A stretch of DNA of 63,969 nucleotides, the filler included, from Octopus bimaculoides (Eukaryota): assembly GCF_001194135.2 (NCBI RefSeq). It is 4 parts of 4 records of this genome, joined end to end, with 100 filler letters (N's around TTAATTAATTAA, not from the genome) between each part and the next. Parts side by side here need not be neighbours in the genome. Positions count along the whole stretch, not along the records: positions 22,602 to 51,673 come from NC_068986.1; positions 51,774 to 61,251 come from NC_068990.1; 2 more parts are not named here. One strand, written 5' to 3'. The notes beneath the pieces were generated by a model that saw only the letters and a list, made by a program, of their open reading frames with translations, ran no database searches and was not told the origin of the DNA. Positions 38,740 to 52,308 of this stretch are shown piece after piece (position 1 is the stretch's first letter; the number at the start of each line of letters is the position of its first letter). The position numbers and the translations under genes are program-made.

Positions 38740-39790
38740 TGGACGAAACCACTGCACATATCACGAACTAACGCCCTAGACTTGCCCCAAACCACAGCAA
38801 GTTATGGTGGAACGATAAGGTAGAGAAAGTGCTATATGGGAAACTGTGCGAAAAGTGGGGGCTAGAGAAAGGCAAGACGTGGTATGAGAACAAACCACAG
38901 AGAGTGGCGAAGTCGGAGATTAGCAAACTCCTCTGGGACTTCCTAATCCAAACAGATTAGGTGCTAGAACATAACAAACCGGACGTGGTGGTGGTGGACA
39001 AGGTGCACCACATATGATATTTCATGCCTCTTTGAACCACGAATAGTCAAGAAGGAAGGTTAAAAGATACATAAATACAACCCCTTTAAGTACGAAATAA
39101 CCCGGAAATGGAAATGGGCTTCTTATATATGTGTCAAGTTGATGGCATGCGCTACTCTCACACTCAATTATCAATGGAAGTCAATGGATCTGTTTGAAAT
39201 TACTGAACAGAGATTATGTGACCAAGCGAGAGCAATAGGAAAGAATGGATGGTTAACAGAATTGGAGCTAGAAGCTATTAAAAGAAGGGTATCGGATGAT
39301 ACTGAGGATGCGAGAAACATAAGCTGTTTTGTGGAAGAGATGCACAATTGTTCACAAGAATATAATACCGTGAATTGCGAAAGAATTGAGATCAGTGACT
39401 TCTCAAACAATGAAGGTCGATTGATAATAGACAGGATTTCGGATCTATTAAATATAGAAGGGACGGAATTTTAAGAAGGCTAAGCAACGGAGACTAAAGC
39501 AACCTAAAGTGAGAACTGTTCCTGTTATTGTGGGTGTCCTAGGTATGATTAAAAAGAGATGTGAGAAACATCTAGATAAAATCCCAGGAGACCCATGTCT
39601 CAGAGAAATTTAAAAGATTATGCTCACAAGTGCTGCTCTCATCCTTAGAAAAAAATCTGTCAATTTAGATGTCTGTGTTGCAGCAGACGGAGGTATTTCG
39701 CTGCTGCTGCTGCTGCCACTAACCTCTCCAAGCTTTCAGTGATTCTGTAACATCTCTTATCATTCACTCGCCCTAAGATGCTAGATGTGG
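38740..39790 (+). mobile_element. Composite of decayed R4/Dong-like LINE fragments
   Basis: 38800-39120: KLCEKWGL...LLWDFLIQTD.VLEHNKPDVVVVDK (endonuclease). 39140-39474: EQRLCDQARAIGKNGWLTELELEAIKRR (N-terminal region). 39490-39790: VPVIVGVLGMIKK...CLREI 3' end. Confidence 0.75.
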
Positions 39791-39864
39791 CCTGGCAAAT
39801 GATTATAAGAAACGTGCAGATTAACAACAACAACAACAACAACAACAGCAGCAACAACAACAGC

Positions 39865-39928
<64 letters not shown>

Positions 39929-39934
39929 GTCCAC

Positions 39935-40488
39935 AAGGAATATAAGAGACGCCACGACAATATAACAAGGCTTTGGACACTTTGCAAAAAGTATGGGATT
40001 GACAGAGGAAAAAATTGGTACGACACAAACCTGAAGGCATCGTCGAAAATAGAAATCCAAGGATCCTATGGGACCATGAGATAGAGAATAGGAAGCCAGA
40101 CATTGTCTTAATTGAGAAAGAAAGCAAACGATGCTGGATCATAGACATAGCATGCCCAACTATATACAAGGTATGCGGTAAGGAAGAAGGAAACGTCGAG
40201 AGATATGACAGATTAGCTTGGGAAGTTAAGCAGTTGTGGTCGATGAAAAAGTTAGCAGTAGTACCAACAATTGTCGGAGCCCTGGGAACAGTGAGCAAAA
40301 ATTTCCAGAAGTAAGGGGAACAAATAGGGGCTGCAATAAGGTTAGAGCTCTTGCTGAAAACAGCACTGTTTGGAACCGCTCGAATACTCTGGAAGGTGCT
40401 CGAAAAATAAGGGCTATTACCTTAGTTTACTGGTAGTGAACAGCTGACACCGTAGTACATCTCCAGCGTCAGAAGCTTTGCAAAGGCA

Positions 40489-40490
<2 letters not shown>
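39935..40490 (+). mobile_element. R4/Dong-like LINE 3' fragment inserted in (AAT)n
   Basis: RILWDHEIENRKPDIVLIEKESKRCWIIDIACP...RYDRLAWEVKQLWSMKK...GALGTVSK. (AAT)n on the left and (GAT)n(AAT)n on the right. Confidence 0.9.
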
Positions 40491-40577
<87 letters not shown>

Positions 40578-42551
40578 CAATGAGCTAGATAATAACTTTC
40601 TCTCTCAGTTAACGCCTCAGGGTTGTTCTCGTACTATTTGTCAGAAGTTTTGATTTTAATAAATCCGACATATTAACCAGTGTTCTTTCATGTCTTGATT
40701 TATACTGTACATGCGCTAAAACTCTAGATACAGAGGTTAGGTGGTCCACTATTTCAATCGCATCGTTTCAGTAACTGCACTTTAAGTCTATTTCATTTTT
40801 CATCACCCAGGCTTTGTAATTCTTTGTCAATAATCTCTGATCTTGAGCAGCCAAGATGAAGCCTTCGCTCTCTGCCATTCGTCATTAAATCGGTGAGTTG
40901 GCAGAATCGATCGAACACCGGACAAAATGTTTAACAGCATTTCTTTCAGATGTAAAGATGACTGTACTCTTCTTCATTTCGGTGTCAATAAATTATGCTT
41001 CATTATTGGGGTCGATGCAATCAACTTCCCCCTCCTCTCGAAATTGTTGGCTTTAGGCCAACAATCAGAGAGAATTATTATTGTCGTAATTAAGATTTTT
41101 TTGTGCTTATGGCCATGTGAACACAATAGCAACCTAGACAGTGTGTCTTCCAATATGACCTTCATAAATTCTACAAGATAACATGGAATGTACTGAAGTA
41201 GACACAAGCAAGCACAATGGAAGGGAATCGCCGCATCTTTCATTCGATTCACTGGACAGATCCCAAGACAAATTTCTTCACACCTGATTAGAATAACAAC
41301 AGCAAAAAAGGAAAAGAAGAAAAAAACAAACAAACGAACCAAAAATATCATTTAAAATATCACCCGAAAAATCACTGGAAACTAACAATTCGATAAATCG
41401 CCTGAAGTGTCTGAATTTTTTTCATCCAAAACGTTCCACTGGCTCAAATATATTTGGGGTTTATTTGATCTGTAACACGGCCATTTGTTTACATATTAGG
41501 TAAACATCATTTCGTAGCGTCCCCTGTGCAGTAATATATTCATTTCAAGATAATTATGCATTCATCAGTATTACATGCTAAGCGGAACAACTAGGAAAGA
41601 GTGAAAATGTTCGCTTCCTCATGAGAAATCAGAAGAAATTATCCACAAATAGAATCAGCGTTCTGTGACTAAAGCTTTGTGGAATTGTGGCCTCGTATTA
41701 ATGTAATCTCTAAATATGCACAATACGAGTTGCCGATTGGGCGATTAGTTAGAACTTGGGACAAATGGTTTTACAGTATTTGACAGAAGTATTTTATGGT
41801 CTAAGTTCAGATACATTGGAAGCAGATTTAATTTAATTTTGCACCTTCCAGACTTTACAAACAAGCTCGATTGTCGATTCAGTCGATATCACTTTTCATT
41901 CCATTTGAATATTTTTACTGTAAAGGAAAACTTTCAATATATATATATTAAGGAACTCCTCTAGCAAATCCCTTAGATAAAAAATGAATATTAATACTAA
42001 TGAAATACTAATTGAAGAAAATCAACTGGTGGGTTGTATTTCTGCTAATATCATTGAGAATCCTTTCTGCTAAAGGCGCAATACCTGAAATCTTGGGGTG
42101 AGGGCAAATTGAATATATCGGCTCAAAGTACGAAAGTGAAGGGATGAAACCCAAGTGTCAAACTCGGAGGAATTTGAATCCACATCATAAAGTTCCGCTG
42201 AACATAAAGTCAGGCGTTCTAACGATTTTGTTGCTCTATTGATAATGTCAAGTGTTGGCGATAACAGTCGAACAGAGGGCGACGCACAAGCTAAATTATT
42301 AACGGGTTGGCCAGCAGAATTAATATAAAATGATAATGGTGGTCTAGGTGTTGGAAAGACGCTTGGCAAAAAATAAAAACAAAAGTGAAGGAGGGAGAAT
42401 AATAATAATAATAATGATAATAACAACAACAACAACAACAACATGAAGTTCTAACTTGTTGCCTCTTGAGGTCTCTGAGTGAGACTTGTAGCCAACTTGT
42501 ACAAATGCAAAGCAAAGATCAAGCATAAGATAATGATAATAATAATAGTGC

Positions 42552-43164
<613 letters not shown>

Positions 43165-43217
43165 TGGTATATGTATATATATATATATATGTGTGTGTAT
43201 GTGTTTGTGGTATATGT

Positions 43218-43970
43218 ATACCAGATAACATTGAAAGTCAAAGGTTTTGGAGTGACATCTGGAGCAAAGACAAGGAACACAAAAAGGATGCTGAATGGTT
43301 GCAAGAATTGAAACAAACATTAGTCTGTCCAAAACAGGCAGAACTAGTCATTTCAGTTAAGGAAGTGAAGAAAATCACCAAAAAAAGGGGGAAAAAAATG
43401 AGGAACTGGAAGGCCCTGGGACCAGATGGAGTTCAAGGCCACTGGATCAAGAGATTTGGTGAACGTCATGCACGAACAGCTGCACAACTCAACACCTTGT
43501 TAAATGCCCACCAAGTAACACCAAAGTTGTTGACATTGGGTCGGACAGTGTGTGCTCGAAAAACATCGAAAAAGGCAATACGGTAGACAATTACAGGCTG
43601 ATATCCTGTTTGCCACTCACGAGGAAGTTATTGGCTGGAATACTCGCAGAGTCAATGTGCGAACATCTGGAAAAAATGGAGTCCTGCCACATGAGCAGAA
43701 GGGCTGCAAGCGTAAGTGCAGTGGAACCAAGGATCAACTCCTGATAGACAAAACTATACTTAGAGACTGCAAGAGGAGGAAAAGTAAGTTAGCCACGTCA
43801 TGGATCGACTATCGTAAGGCGTACGATATGATCCCACATTCTTGGATTATGGAGTGTATGAACCTATTTGGTATTGCATCGAATGTTGAGCGATTGCTCT
43901 GGCAAAGTATGGCAAATTGGAGGACGGATTTGACAGCATACGGAAGTTTAGGGACAGTTGAAATTATAAA
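43218..43970 (+). mobile_element. R4/Dong-like LINE RT N-terminal/core fragment (frameshifted)
   Basis: FWSDIWS...NWKALGPDGVQGHWIK...NYRLISCLP...[20 protein letters not shown]...[16 protein letters not shown] (RT motifs 0-3). Confidence 0.9.
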
Positions 43971-44983
43971 GGAAGAATGCTCAAAGACGCCATCGAAGTA
44001 AAAAAAAAAAACAACAAAAAAACAACGCTAAAGTACAATGTTAACGTATTTGAGGGAGTGAGGTTTTGGTTTTGTGTGAGGTTTTGTTAATGGTGATACT
44101 TGCTTAATGTGAAATCTTCTCTTTTCTTCAAGTTGCAACTGAAAATCATAACCAAGCGTTCCTCTTATCGGTGTTGTTTAGCCCTGGGTGGCCATGGTGG
44201 AAAACAGTTGTGATCAAAAACATTTAAAACACAAAGATTTTATCTATTTTTTTATAAACATAATGTATCTATTGCTAGGTTATCCCATTTGTCCTTCATT
44301 TATTGAGAGAGTATGCTGTTTTCAAGCAGATTTGACTGGTATTTCTAGCCTATCGATCGATCGACCGTCACCCTGCTCCTCATCCTTCTCCTCTTCCTCA
44401 CCAAACCCTGTCATCGCGGCAAAGATCACCGTCATCAGCGCCGGTACCACCGTTTCCATTGTTTTACTTTTTCCTCCCCCTCCTCTTCTATCTCCCCAGC
44501 CTCCTTTCTCCTCCTTTCCGCTCCTTTTCCACCTCTTCCATATCTTCCACCACCTCCTCTTCCTCATCGTCACCGCCGTCATCATGATGATGAATCGTCG
44601 TCGTTGTCGTCAACAATCATCACTGCCACTACCACCACTACTACTACTACCCACCACCACCACCACCACCACCACCACCATCGTCATCATCATCATCATC
44701 ATTGACATCATCATTGACACCATCGTCCCCACCGCGAAAATCGCCATCATCAATGGCCATGAATTCGTCTGCTCACTTTCAAGTGTGTTATTTTCACTTT
44801 AATTAATTAATTACAAACTGTCCGAATCTCTATAAATTAGTCTATTTTTATGCTAATGATGTTCGAATAGTCATTATTATGCAATCATTATCCATTCATG
44901 GTTCATATAAAAATTCACATACACGCATTCGTAGAAAAGATCGTTGTGTTTGTGTGTGTGTTGATACAATGTACTGTGCATGC

Positions 44984-45014
<31 letters not shown>

Positions 45015-45544
45015 CATGCGTGTGCGTGTGTGTGCTTGTGTGTGTATCTATGTGAATATGTAATCACTCCTAGAATGCCTTGTTTTCTCTATATGTATGT
45101 CTTGGTTGATGTTGGCAAGTTGTACAAACGAACTCTTATATATACATATAAGTGCACACACACACACACATACACATACACACACATATATATGCATATA
45201 CAAAGATTCTAATTTACACCCACACAACGAAATACTCATAACATATNNNNNNNNNNNNNNNNNNNNNNNNNNNNNNNNNNNNNNNNNNNNNNNNNNNNNN
45301 NNNNNNNNNNNNNNNNNNNNNNNNNNNNNNNNNNNNNNNNNNNNNNNNNNNNNNNNNNNNNNNNNNNNNNNNNNNNNNNNNNNNNNNNNNNNNNNNNNNN
45401 NNNNNNNNNNNNNNNNNNNNNNNNNNNNNNNNNNNNNNNNNNNNNNNNNNNNNNNNNNNNNNNNNNNNNNNNNNNNNNNNNNNNNNNNNNNNNNNNNNNN
45501 NNNNNNNNNNNNNNNNNNNNNNNNNNNNNNNNNNNNNNNNNNNN

Positions 45545-45578
<34 letters not shown>

Positions 45579-46018
45579 TCACTCATACATAAAATTATTC
45601 ATGTATGCATATATATATATATATATACAAATATATAGTTATGTGTATAAGTATGTATGTGTGTGTTTGTATGTATGTATATATGAATGAATGTACAGCA
45701 GCATACATACGCACAACCTACCTCACATCGAATGCGTTCGTGTTTGTATATATACGACCTCGTTGCTAGGCGTTAATTAGTTTCACGTTGGTCTGTTTCG
45801 CAATATTCCTTCTGTATTGCTTTGTGCGTGTAATATTCGAGTATTTGCGTGTCTATGCGTTAATGTGTATGTGAAATTTGTACGTGTATATGTGTATGTG
45901 TTTACATGTGAGTCTGTGTGTTTATATTGTATAAGTGTGTCTGTGTATATGTTTATTTGCGCGCGCGTGTGTGTATGTGTGTGTATGCTTGTACATGTAT
46001 GTGTATGTGAAGTGTGTG

Positions 46019-46049
<31 letters not shown>

Positions 46050-46632
46050 GTGCATATGTTTGTAGAAAGAGAGGGAGAGAATGGGAGATGGAAGAGTGGC
46101 GGTTGTGATCGTATATAGGTAGGGGAAGGGGTTAAATTAATAATTAAAATAATTATTTTTACGTTTCAAGTTGCTCCGTCTTGTCTTGTACGGAGTGAGG
46201 TAAAACAATGAAGCCGCCTTATCTCGGCTAAAGTAGGCTCGCCAGATGTTTGATGTCATATTCCGACCACTCAACGGAAGCGCTTCGTTCTTAACAAGTT
46301 CTGTCTAGCTGTAAAAAGAAATACCCGAAACAATAGCAAGTCACGATAAGAGAATGGTAGAAAAGTGTAATTCAATCAAAGCTTAATTTGTAGATTCTAT
46401 TTATTTTAGTATGTATTGTTACGTTGTTAGGTCTAACGAAATCAATATCCTGCAGACAAATAGACCGATATCGATCTGTTTGTTTCTATGTTCTGCTCCC
46501 TCTCTTCGTTCGCTGTTCCATATGCCTGCTGCCCACCCCTATCTTCTTTAACACTGAGAGAGAGAGAGAGAAAGAAAGCGAGACTTCTGTTATAATTGTG
46601 CCCTCTCAACGTGTTGTTTGGACATTACATAT

Positions 46633-46668
<36 letters not shown>

Positions 46669-46686
46669 ATATATATATACACTCAT

Positions 46687-46745
<59 letters not shown>

Positions 46746-49007
46746 TATGTGCGTGTTACTGATAATATGGAAGCCTCAAAGTACCCATAAATTGACTTTT
46801 TGCTTTGTCTAACCTTGTTGAACATATTTTCCCAAAATACATTATATTATCGTTTTGAAGTAGATTAGAGTAAGAGTCGTTCAGATACTACATGAGACAA
46901 TAATGTAAGTGGTCTACCTTGAGGCTACGTGATCACGAGTTCATATCACAGCAACGCAACTTGTGATCTTGCCCATCCATATAATCTAATCGTCGATAGA
47001 CAGAAGTCTCCAAGCGGAACCAACACTTCTTGATGACAGATTGTACCTTGAACTTGTAGTACTATGTTTAAATGATACTAATTGATATATCTTGCTGTGT
47101 AATAATCTCCACAAAGAACTCCTTGATGTGGACGATCTGCATTACGAGGAATTCTCGTTAGAGAAGAGATTTGAACACTATGTTTTACATTCTGAGTTTT
47201 CTGAACTCTTGTTGGCAAATAAAAGTAAATCATTCGCGATCTCCTTTTTTAGAAATAACAGAGTGCACTAAGTATATGATGTTTTTCTAAGGGACATATA
47301 CATCAGTACTTCTTTGTAGTAAATATCCTGTTGAGGCCTAAGGTTTACTGTAGAGAATAGGGCTACGGGTTACTTTATGGCATATTCATGAACATCTTAC
47401 ATTTTATAGAACTATTCAGAATTAAGTGTTCTTTTTTTCCCCACCATATGGAACAATATAGAATTAATTTATTTGCCGTCAGTCTTGAGTTGAAATAATG
47501 CTTTGAAGTAGGTACAAGAAAAGCTAGAACCCCTACCCAAATATCTCAATCAAAATTACCACTATACAATGATGCGTATGGTCATCCCACTATTCAAGGT
47601 CTAGCAGTTGAACTTAATATCTTTTCCAAACAATGTTTAATTATTCTGAATCAAAGTTACTCTAAGCTAGCAGTCTCTGTTACTTCTAAGTTACTCCGTT
47701 GCTTTTAGAGTTGTCCATCAGCAATCCTCATCATCTATAACACTACTTCACTTTCTACAATGAATATATCTTTCTCATACTTTAAATGATTTTTAATTGA
47801 TATGCAGTCTTGAAGAAACAGCCTTATATTAAAATACTGGTATGTATACAAACACGGATCAGCGACGAATACCCAAGATGCTTCCAGTATTCACCACTGC
47901 TTAACTCGGAAGATTTCTTTATTATTCAAGTTACGGTTTTCGATTTCGTTTCTATCAAATACAGTAACAAATATAAGAATTAGCCATCAATGAAATCTCG
48001 CGGTTATTCTACATTATCAACAGCGTATCAAAAGACTATTTAGTTATTTAATTAGATTCTTCATTAGAGCAAAGAAATACTTCAGCCATGGTTAATTGCT
48101 AATCCTCAAAGACAAAATATTACTTACATATATGGGACAGTGCTGCATGCACACGTAAATGAGAATAAATTGAAAAGAAAGCCTACAGTATGACTGCTAT
48201 AAATTTTCAATCACGGACACACAGCAGCAATTGGTTTACAAGCCGTATTTAATGGCATAAAACGCACACATGTTTTTCCCCCTTAAAAAGTCATAAAATC
48301 AGCCCGAGTCCCATAAATGGCGTTGGGCCGCATGTATGCTAATTTTGTGCCTGACAATCACTGCTGTAGGCTAATTTTAATCCGGATGAACCCTTGTACT
48401 CATACACCACAACCGTCCAAAGCTAATAAAAAATCCTGCCAATTTTGAGAGAAAGAATCCTATCACATGCTAACATTCATGGGCCAAATCGGGAACCGAA
48501 ATTTTGAACTAGTCTCTTAATGCAAGGACAAAATCTTAAAAACACTTAAACACTTCAAGCGAAAAATCTTTTATAACGGCTAAACTTTTAAATACCTTTC
48601 CAACCCCTTTCCTAGTATCATCATCCTCGTATCATCACCTGTTAACATAATGAGGTTACTGCTTTTTGTAGCTGTCAGAGTTCATTTTGACTCTTTGTAT
48701 ATGGTGTGTGATGAGAATTTATGGAAAGGTATCCCATAGAAACTCAACAAACTGTTAAGGATGGAAAAGAAAAGATGTTAAAATATCAAAACGGAAACGG
48801 ATCCTATAAAATCCAAATGTTCACTGGACAAATTTCTTCAAAAAATCCCGGACCAACCTTCTACACCCGGATATGTTTCTAACAATAATATCTCTTTGCT
48901 AGAGAGGGCTATGGTGCCCCATATATGACTAAAAAACTTCACCAGGTGGTACTATTTAGTTAGACATGGCCTGGGCCTATACTGGTCGAAATCTATCAAA
49001 GTATACA

Positions 49008-49054
<47 letters not shown>

Positions 49055-50108
49055 ATTGAACAAATAGGAATAACAGATCCACACAGGTACCCGTTCAAAC
49101 ACTCTAGCAGCATTCAAAGTATGACTGATCACATCGAATGGCAAGAAATTACTTAAGACTATTTAAGTTAAACAATCTTAATGCATTTCACTCTATGGCT
49201 AAATCCTGTGTTCGCTTCGTTGGATTGTAACATTTACTGAACCTATATCAGAGGCAATTCAAATAAATAAGGAGAATTATACATCTACACAGTTTTTCTT
49301 ATTACAGTCATTTATACAGCATCCTTAATTTAAATCTTTGTCCAACATATGTTTTTGCTGTATGTTTTATTCGCAATTTCTTTTTTTCCTAAACATATCC
49401 TTATTCGCGGATTACACTTCAGTTCACTTTAAACTTTATTAGAGTGAACACGTTGAATAAAATTGCATGTTTATAACGTAAATGAAATCTAGATGCAGAC
49501 AAACAGGATGGAAATAAAAACAGCATTTCGTGATATCCACGCAGTAGAAACACATGTCGAACAAAAATTTCAATTGAATATGCTGTATAAATGACTGGAA
49601 TAATAAAAGCTGTGGACACATAATCATTCTTATTCGTTTGCAGAAGCATCCAGAAATTTTGAAAATATAAAATTTGTGGAGAATTAGAGCTTGGAAGGAA
49701 CAAACAGCAACAAAATGGGCGCACAGACTAAACAATCGACGAACACAAATATTAAGAGCTGTTAGGCCAAGACGCGTTGTAATGGGTAACGCCCGGGAGA
49801 ACTTTTGAAAGGATATAGAATAAATAAAAGAGGCGAAAATAGTGGAAGAGAAAATAGTGGAAGAGAAAAATGACGTCCATCTTAGAGGACGACGCGTCCA
49901 GAAAAGATAGAGATGAGAGGAATGGCCTGTGGTCATGTGGGAGCGAACGCCACGAAGCCTTGTCCACAGTAAGTGTTAATTATATATATATCTTTTCTTT
50001 CTTTTTGTGGAGAGACCAGCACGAACTCTCAAGCTGCAAGCTTGATAATCGCTGTGAAATCTTCTCTTCACATGAAGTCAATGGAAAGTTTGCTAATCCA
50101 CGAATAAA

Positions 50109-50146
<38 letters not shown>

Positions 50147-50149
50147 TAT

Positions 50150-50760
50150 GACATGGAATGCTACGGGTCGATGGTACCATATGATGTTCTCAATGGTTCA
50201 CAGAGCTCTGTTATCGAAGGCGTCGATCCTCTTTGCCAGTGTCTTCGGCAGGGGCCACGTTTCTGCTCCACAGAGGAGAACGGAAAGGACCGATGCCTTG
50301 TAGATGTGGTGATTCGTCTTCTGGGAGTTAAAGAAGTGGTGCCAGAGGGGCTTCCAGTGGGAGTACATGATCCAGCAGCCAGAACACACGTTTAGTTGAT
50401 CTCCCGGAACAGATCTCCATTGATGATGACTGGGGAGCCCAGGTAGATGAAGGAGTTGACAAACTCCACTAGGTCGAGGCCAATACCTATCCGTCGCATG
50501 TGCTGGTACGGCTATTTTCTAGTCTCCTACTACATCATCCTACAAGGGCTTTACTCTCATTCGACGCAGCTGTGGGCTGGAAGAGGTCCCGTGACAGGCT
50601 TCACACCAGATGGCTGGACATAATTGAAGATGAACTCCAGAAAGTCGATGTCACCTTGAAGGATGAAGATGGCCTGGCACGGGACCACCAGCGATGGAGA
50701 GCACTGGTGGACATGGACATCTCTACGCATGATGATGCTCCTGGCGTCACTAATTTGGAA
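50150..50760. mobile_element. RTE LINE fragment with an internal inversion
   Basis: 50150-50490 on minus reads VNSFIYLGS...IYKASVLSVLLCGAETWPL...RIDAFDNRAL. 50490-50760 on plus reads the downstream part (WYG...HHPTRALL...GWKRSRDRLHTRWLD...DHQRWRALV). Confidence 0.75.
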
Positions 50761-51468
50761 TGACTAAGCTCTGTCAAGCTAGAGCATGATGAAGCATGAT
50801 TTATTCGCGATTAGAGGCGTTCGTAAACCGAGGTACTACTGTAATAAAGGAATATGAGAAAGAACAGGAGATAAATTACGATTTATTCGTTAACAGACTT
50901 GTTCGAAAAACACACTGAAGCATAGGGCAGTAATATATTCATATGCAGTTAAGTATGTGTCCAATCATAGAGCGACCAATAGTTTTGCATCCATTAAGCA
51001 CTTAGTCCTATGAATGACTCGTCAGACCCTAATGGTAGAGAATACATACCGCTTCACACTGGAGGAAGAAATTCGTTTCGGTCAGTTAATTAGTAAACAA
51101 AGAATAAAAGATGTAGGTCGGCGACTATGACCCACAAATAAATATATATATATCAGTACAATTTTGCAATTAGTTTGCATTATTTCTTTAAGTTTGCTGC
51201 AACCAGGGAGAGTTTGTATAGTCTAGAAGAAATATATGTACTATTTTGAGGATTTATACCCATATTTCAATTAGTCAATAAATACAGACTTTGTAAAAAT
51301 GATAATATGCTTAACAGGAGAAAGAGGGCTATAAAGGGAGATAATTGTGTAGAAAAATAAACAAAGATAAGTATTAAAGAAGAATACTGCAACATAATAG
51401 AGTTTTAGTGAACATTGTTGAAAAGCGTCTCAAATGAGTCATGCCAAGAAAAAATCGAAGGAAACACT

Positions 51469-51519
<51 letters not shown>

Positions 51520-51773
51520 TACACACACACACATACACATAGATAGATACATGGATACACGTACCTACGTTTACACACAGAAAAACATATACATGTGGGT
51601 GTGTGAGTGTGTGCGTGTGTGATAGATAAATGGAGAAGAAAATGGAAAGAAATTAAGACGCAGGGAAGGAGAGNNNNNNNNNNNNNNNNNNNNNNNNNNN
51701 NNNNNNNNNNNNNNNNNTTAATTAATTAANNNNNNNNNNNNNNNNNNNNNNNNNNNNNNNNNNNNNNNNNNNN

Positions 51774-51950
51774 GAAGGGGAAACAGCGCAGAGGGAGCCT
51801 CGATTGGCGTTCGTGCCCTTTTCGAACGGGGCTGCGGTCGGGACAAGACGTGTTAAGCGACGGTCTAGGTTTGGGAAGGTTTGGGTAGGGGCAAGCTTCA
51901 AGGATCGGATACCGCAAGACGGACTCGCAGTCGAGGAAAGGAAAACCGAG
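51774..51950 (+). CDS. Candidate exon of an unidentified gene at a contig edge
   Basis: GC/CpG-rich island, frame open for 59 codons from the contig edge (EGETAQREPRLAFVPFSNGAAVGTRRVKRRSRFGKVWVGASFKDRIPQDGLAVEERKTE) ending at donor GAG|GTAAGG (phase 0). No homology recognised; could equally be 5' UTR. Confidence 0.25.
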
Positions 51951-52157
51951 GTAAGGCGATTACATCTACTCGTACGCACACACCACATTAGTTTAATGCT
52001 CGGGAACAATGGAAAAGTTTTTTATGTTTCATGCTTACACTCTTCGAAACGATTAAGAGGAAAAAAAGGAGAGAAAAGAAAATGAAAAAAAAAAGAGAGA
52101 AAAAATGTGTAGGGATTAACGGTTTAACATGATGGAACATATATATATATATATATA

Positions 52158-52308
52158 CTTTATTAAAAGCAGCAGTATCATAAAAACTGTTACTCAGAGT
52201 TTCATGTTCTCGTTCATCGGGCAGTTTTCTAACAAAACTATCCAACGAATGGGAACATGAAACTCTGAGTAACAGTTTTTCTGATATTTCTGCTGCTTTT
52301 TAATAAAG
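52158..52308. mobile_element. Fold-back element (about 70-bp arms, 5-nt loop) made of two inverted hammerhead-like motifs
   Basis: Arms 52158-52228 and 52234-52308. Plus: AAAACTAT-CCAACGA-ATG(GGAA)CAT-GAAAC-TCTGA-GTA-ACAGTTTT. Minus: AAAACTGC-CCGATGA-ACG(AGAA)CAT-GAAAC-TCTGA-GTA-ACAGTTTT. Starts at a (TA)n tract. Confidence 0.75.

Noticed and set aside
46204-46235. CAATGAA-GCCG...CGGC-TAAAG resembling a decayed hammerhead
   Set aside because: Both core strands are mutated; indistinguishable from chance.
49419-49967. ORFs of 101-165 aa in unique-looking sequence
   Set aside because: No recognisable motifs, no clear splice boundaries, and the composition is typical of AT-rich non-coding DNA.
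50985-51024. Minus-strand CTGACGA-GTC...GAC resembling a hammerhead 5' half
   Set aside because: GAAA is replaced by TAAG and stem I is not adjacent.
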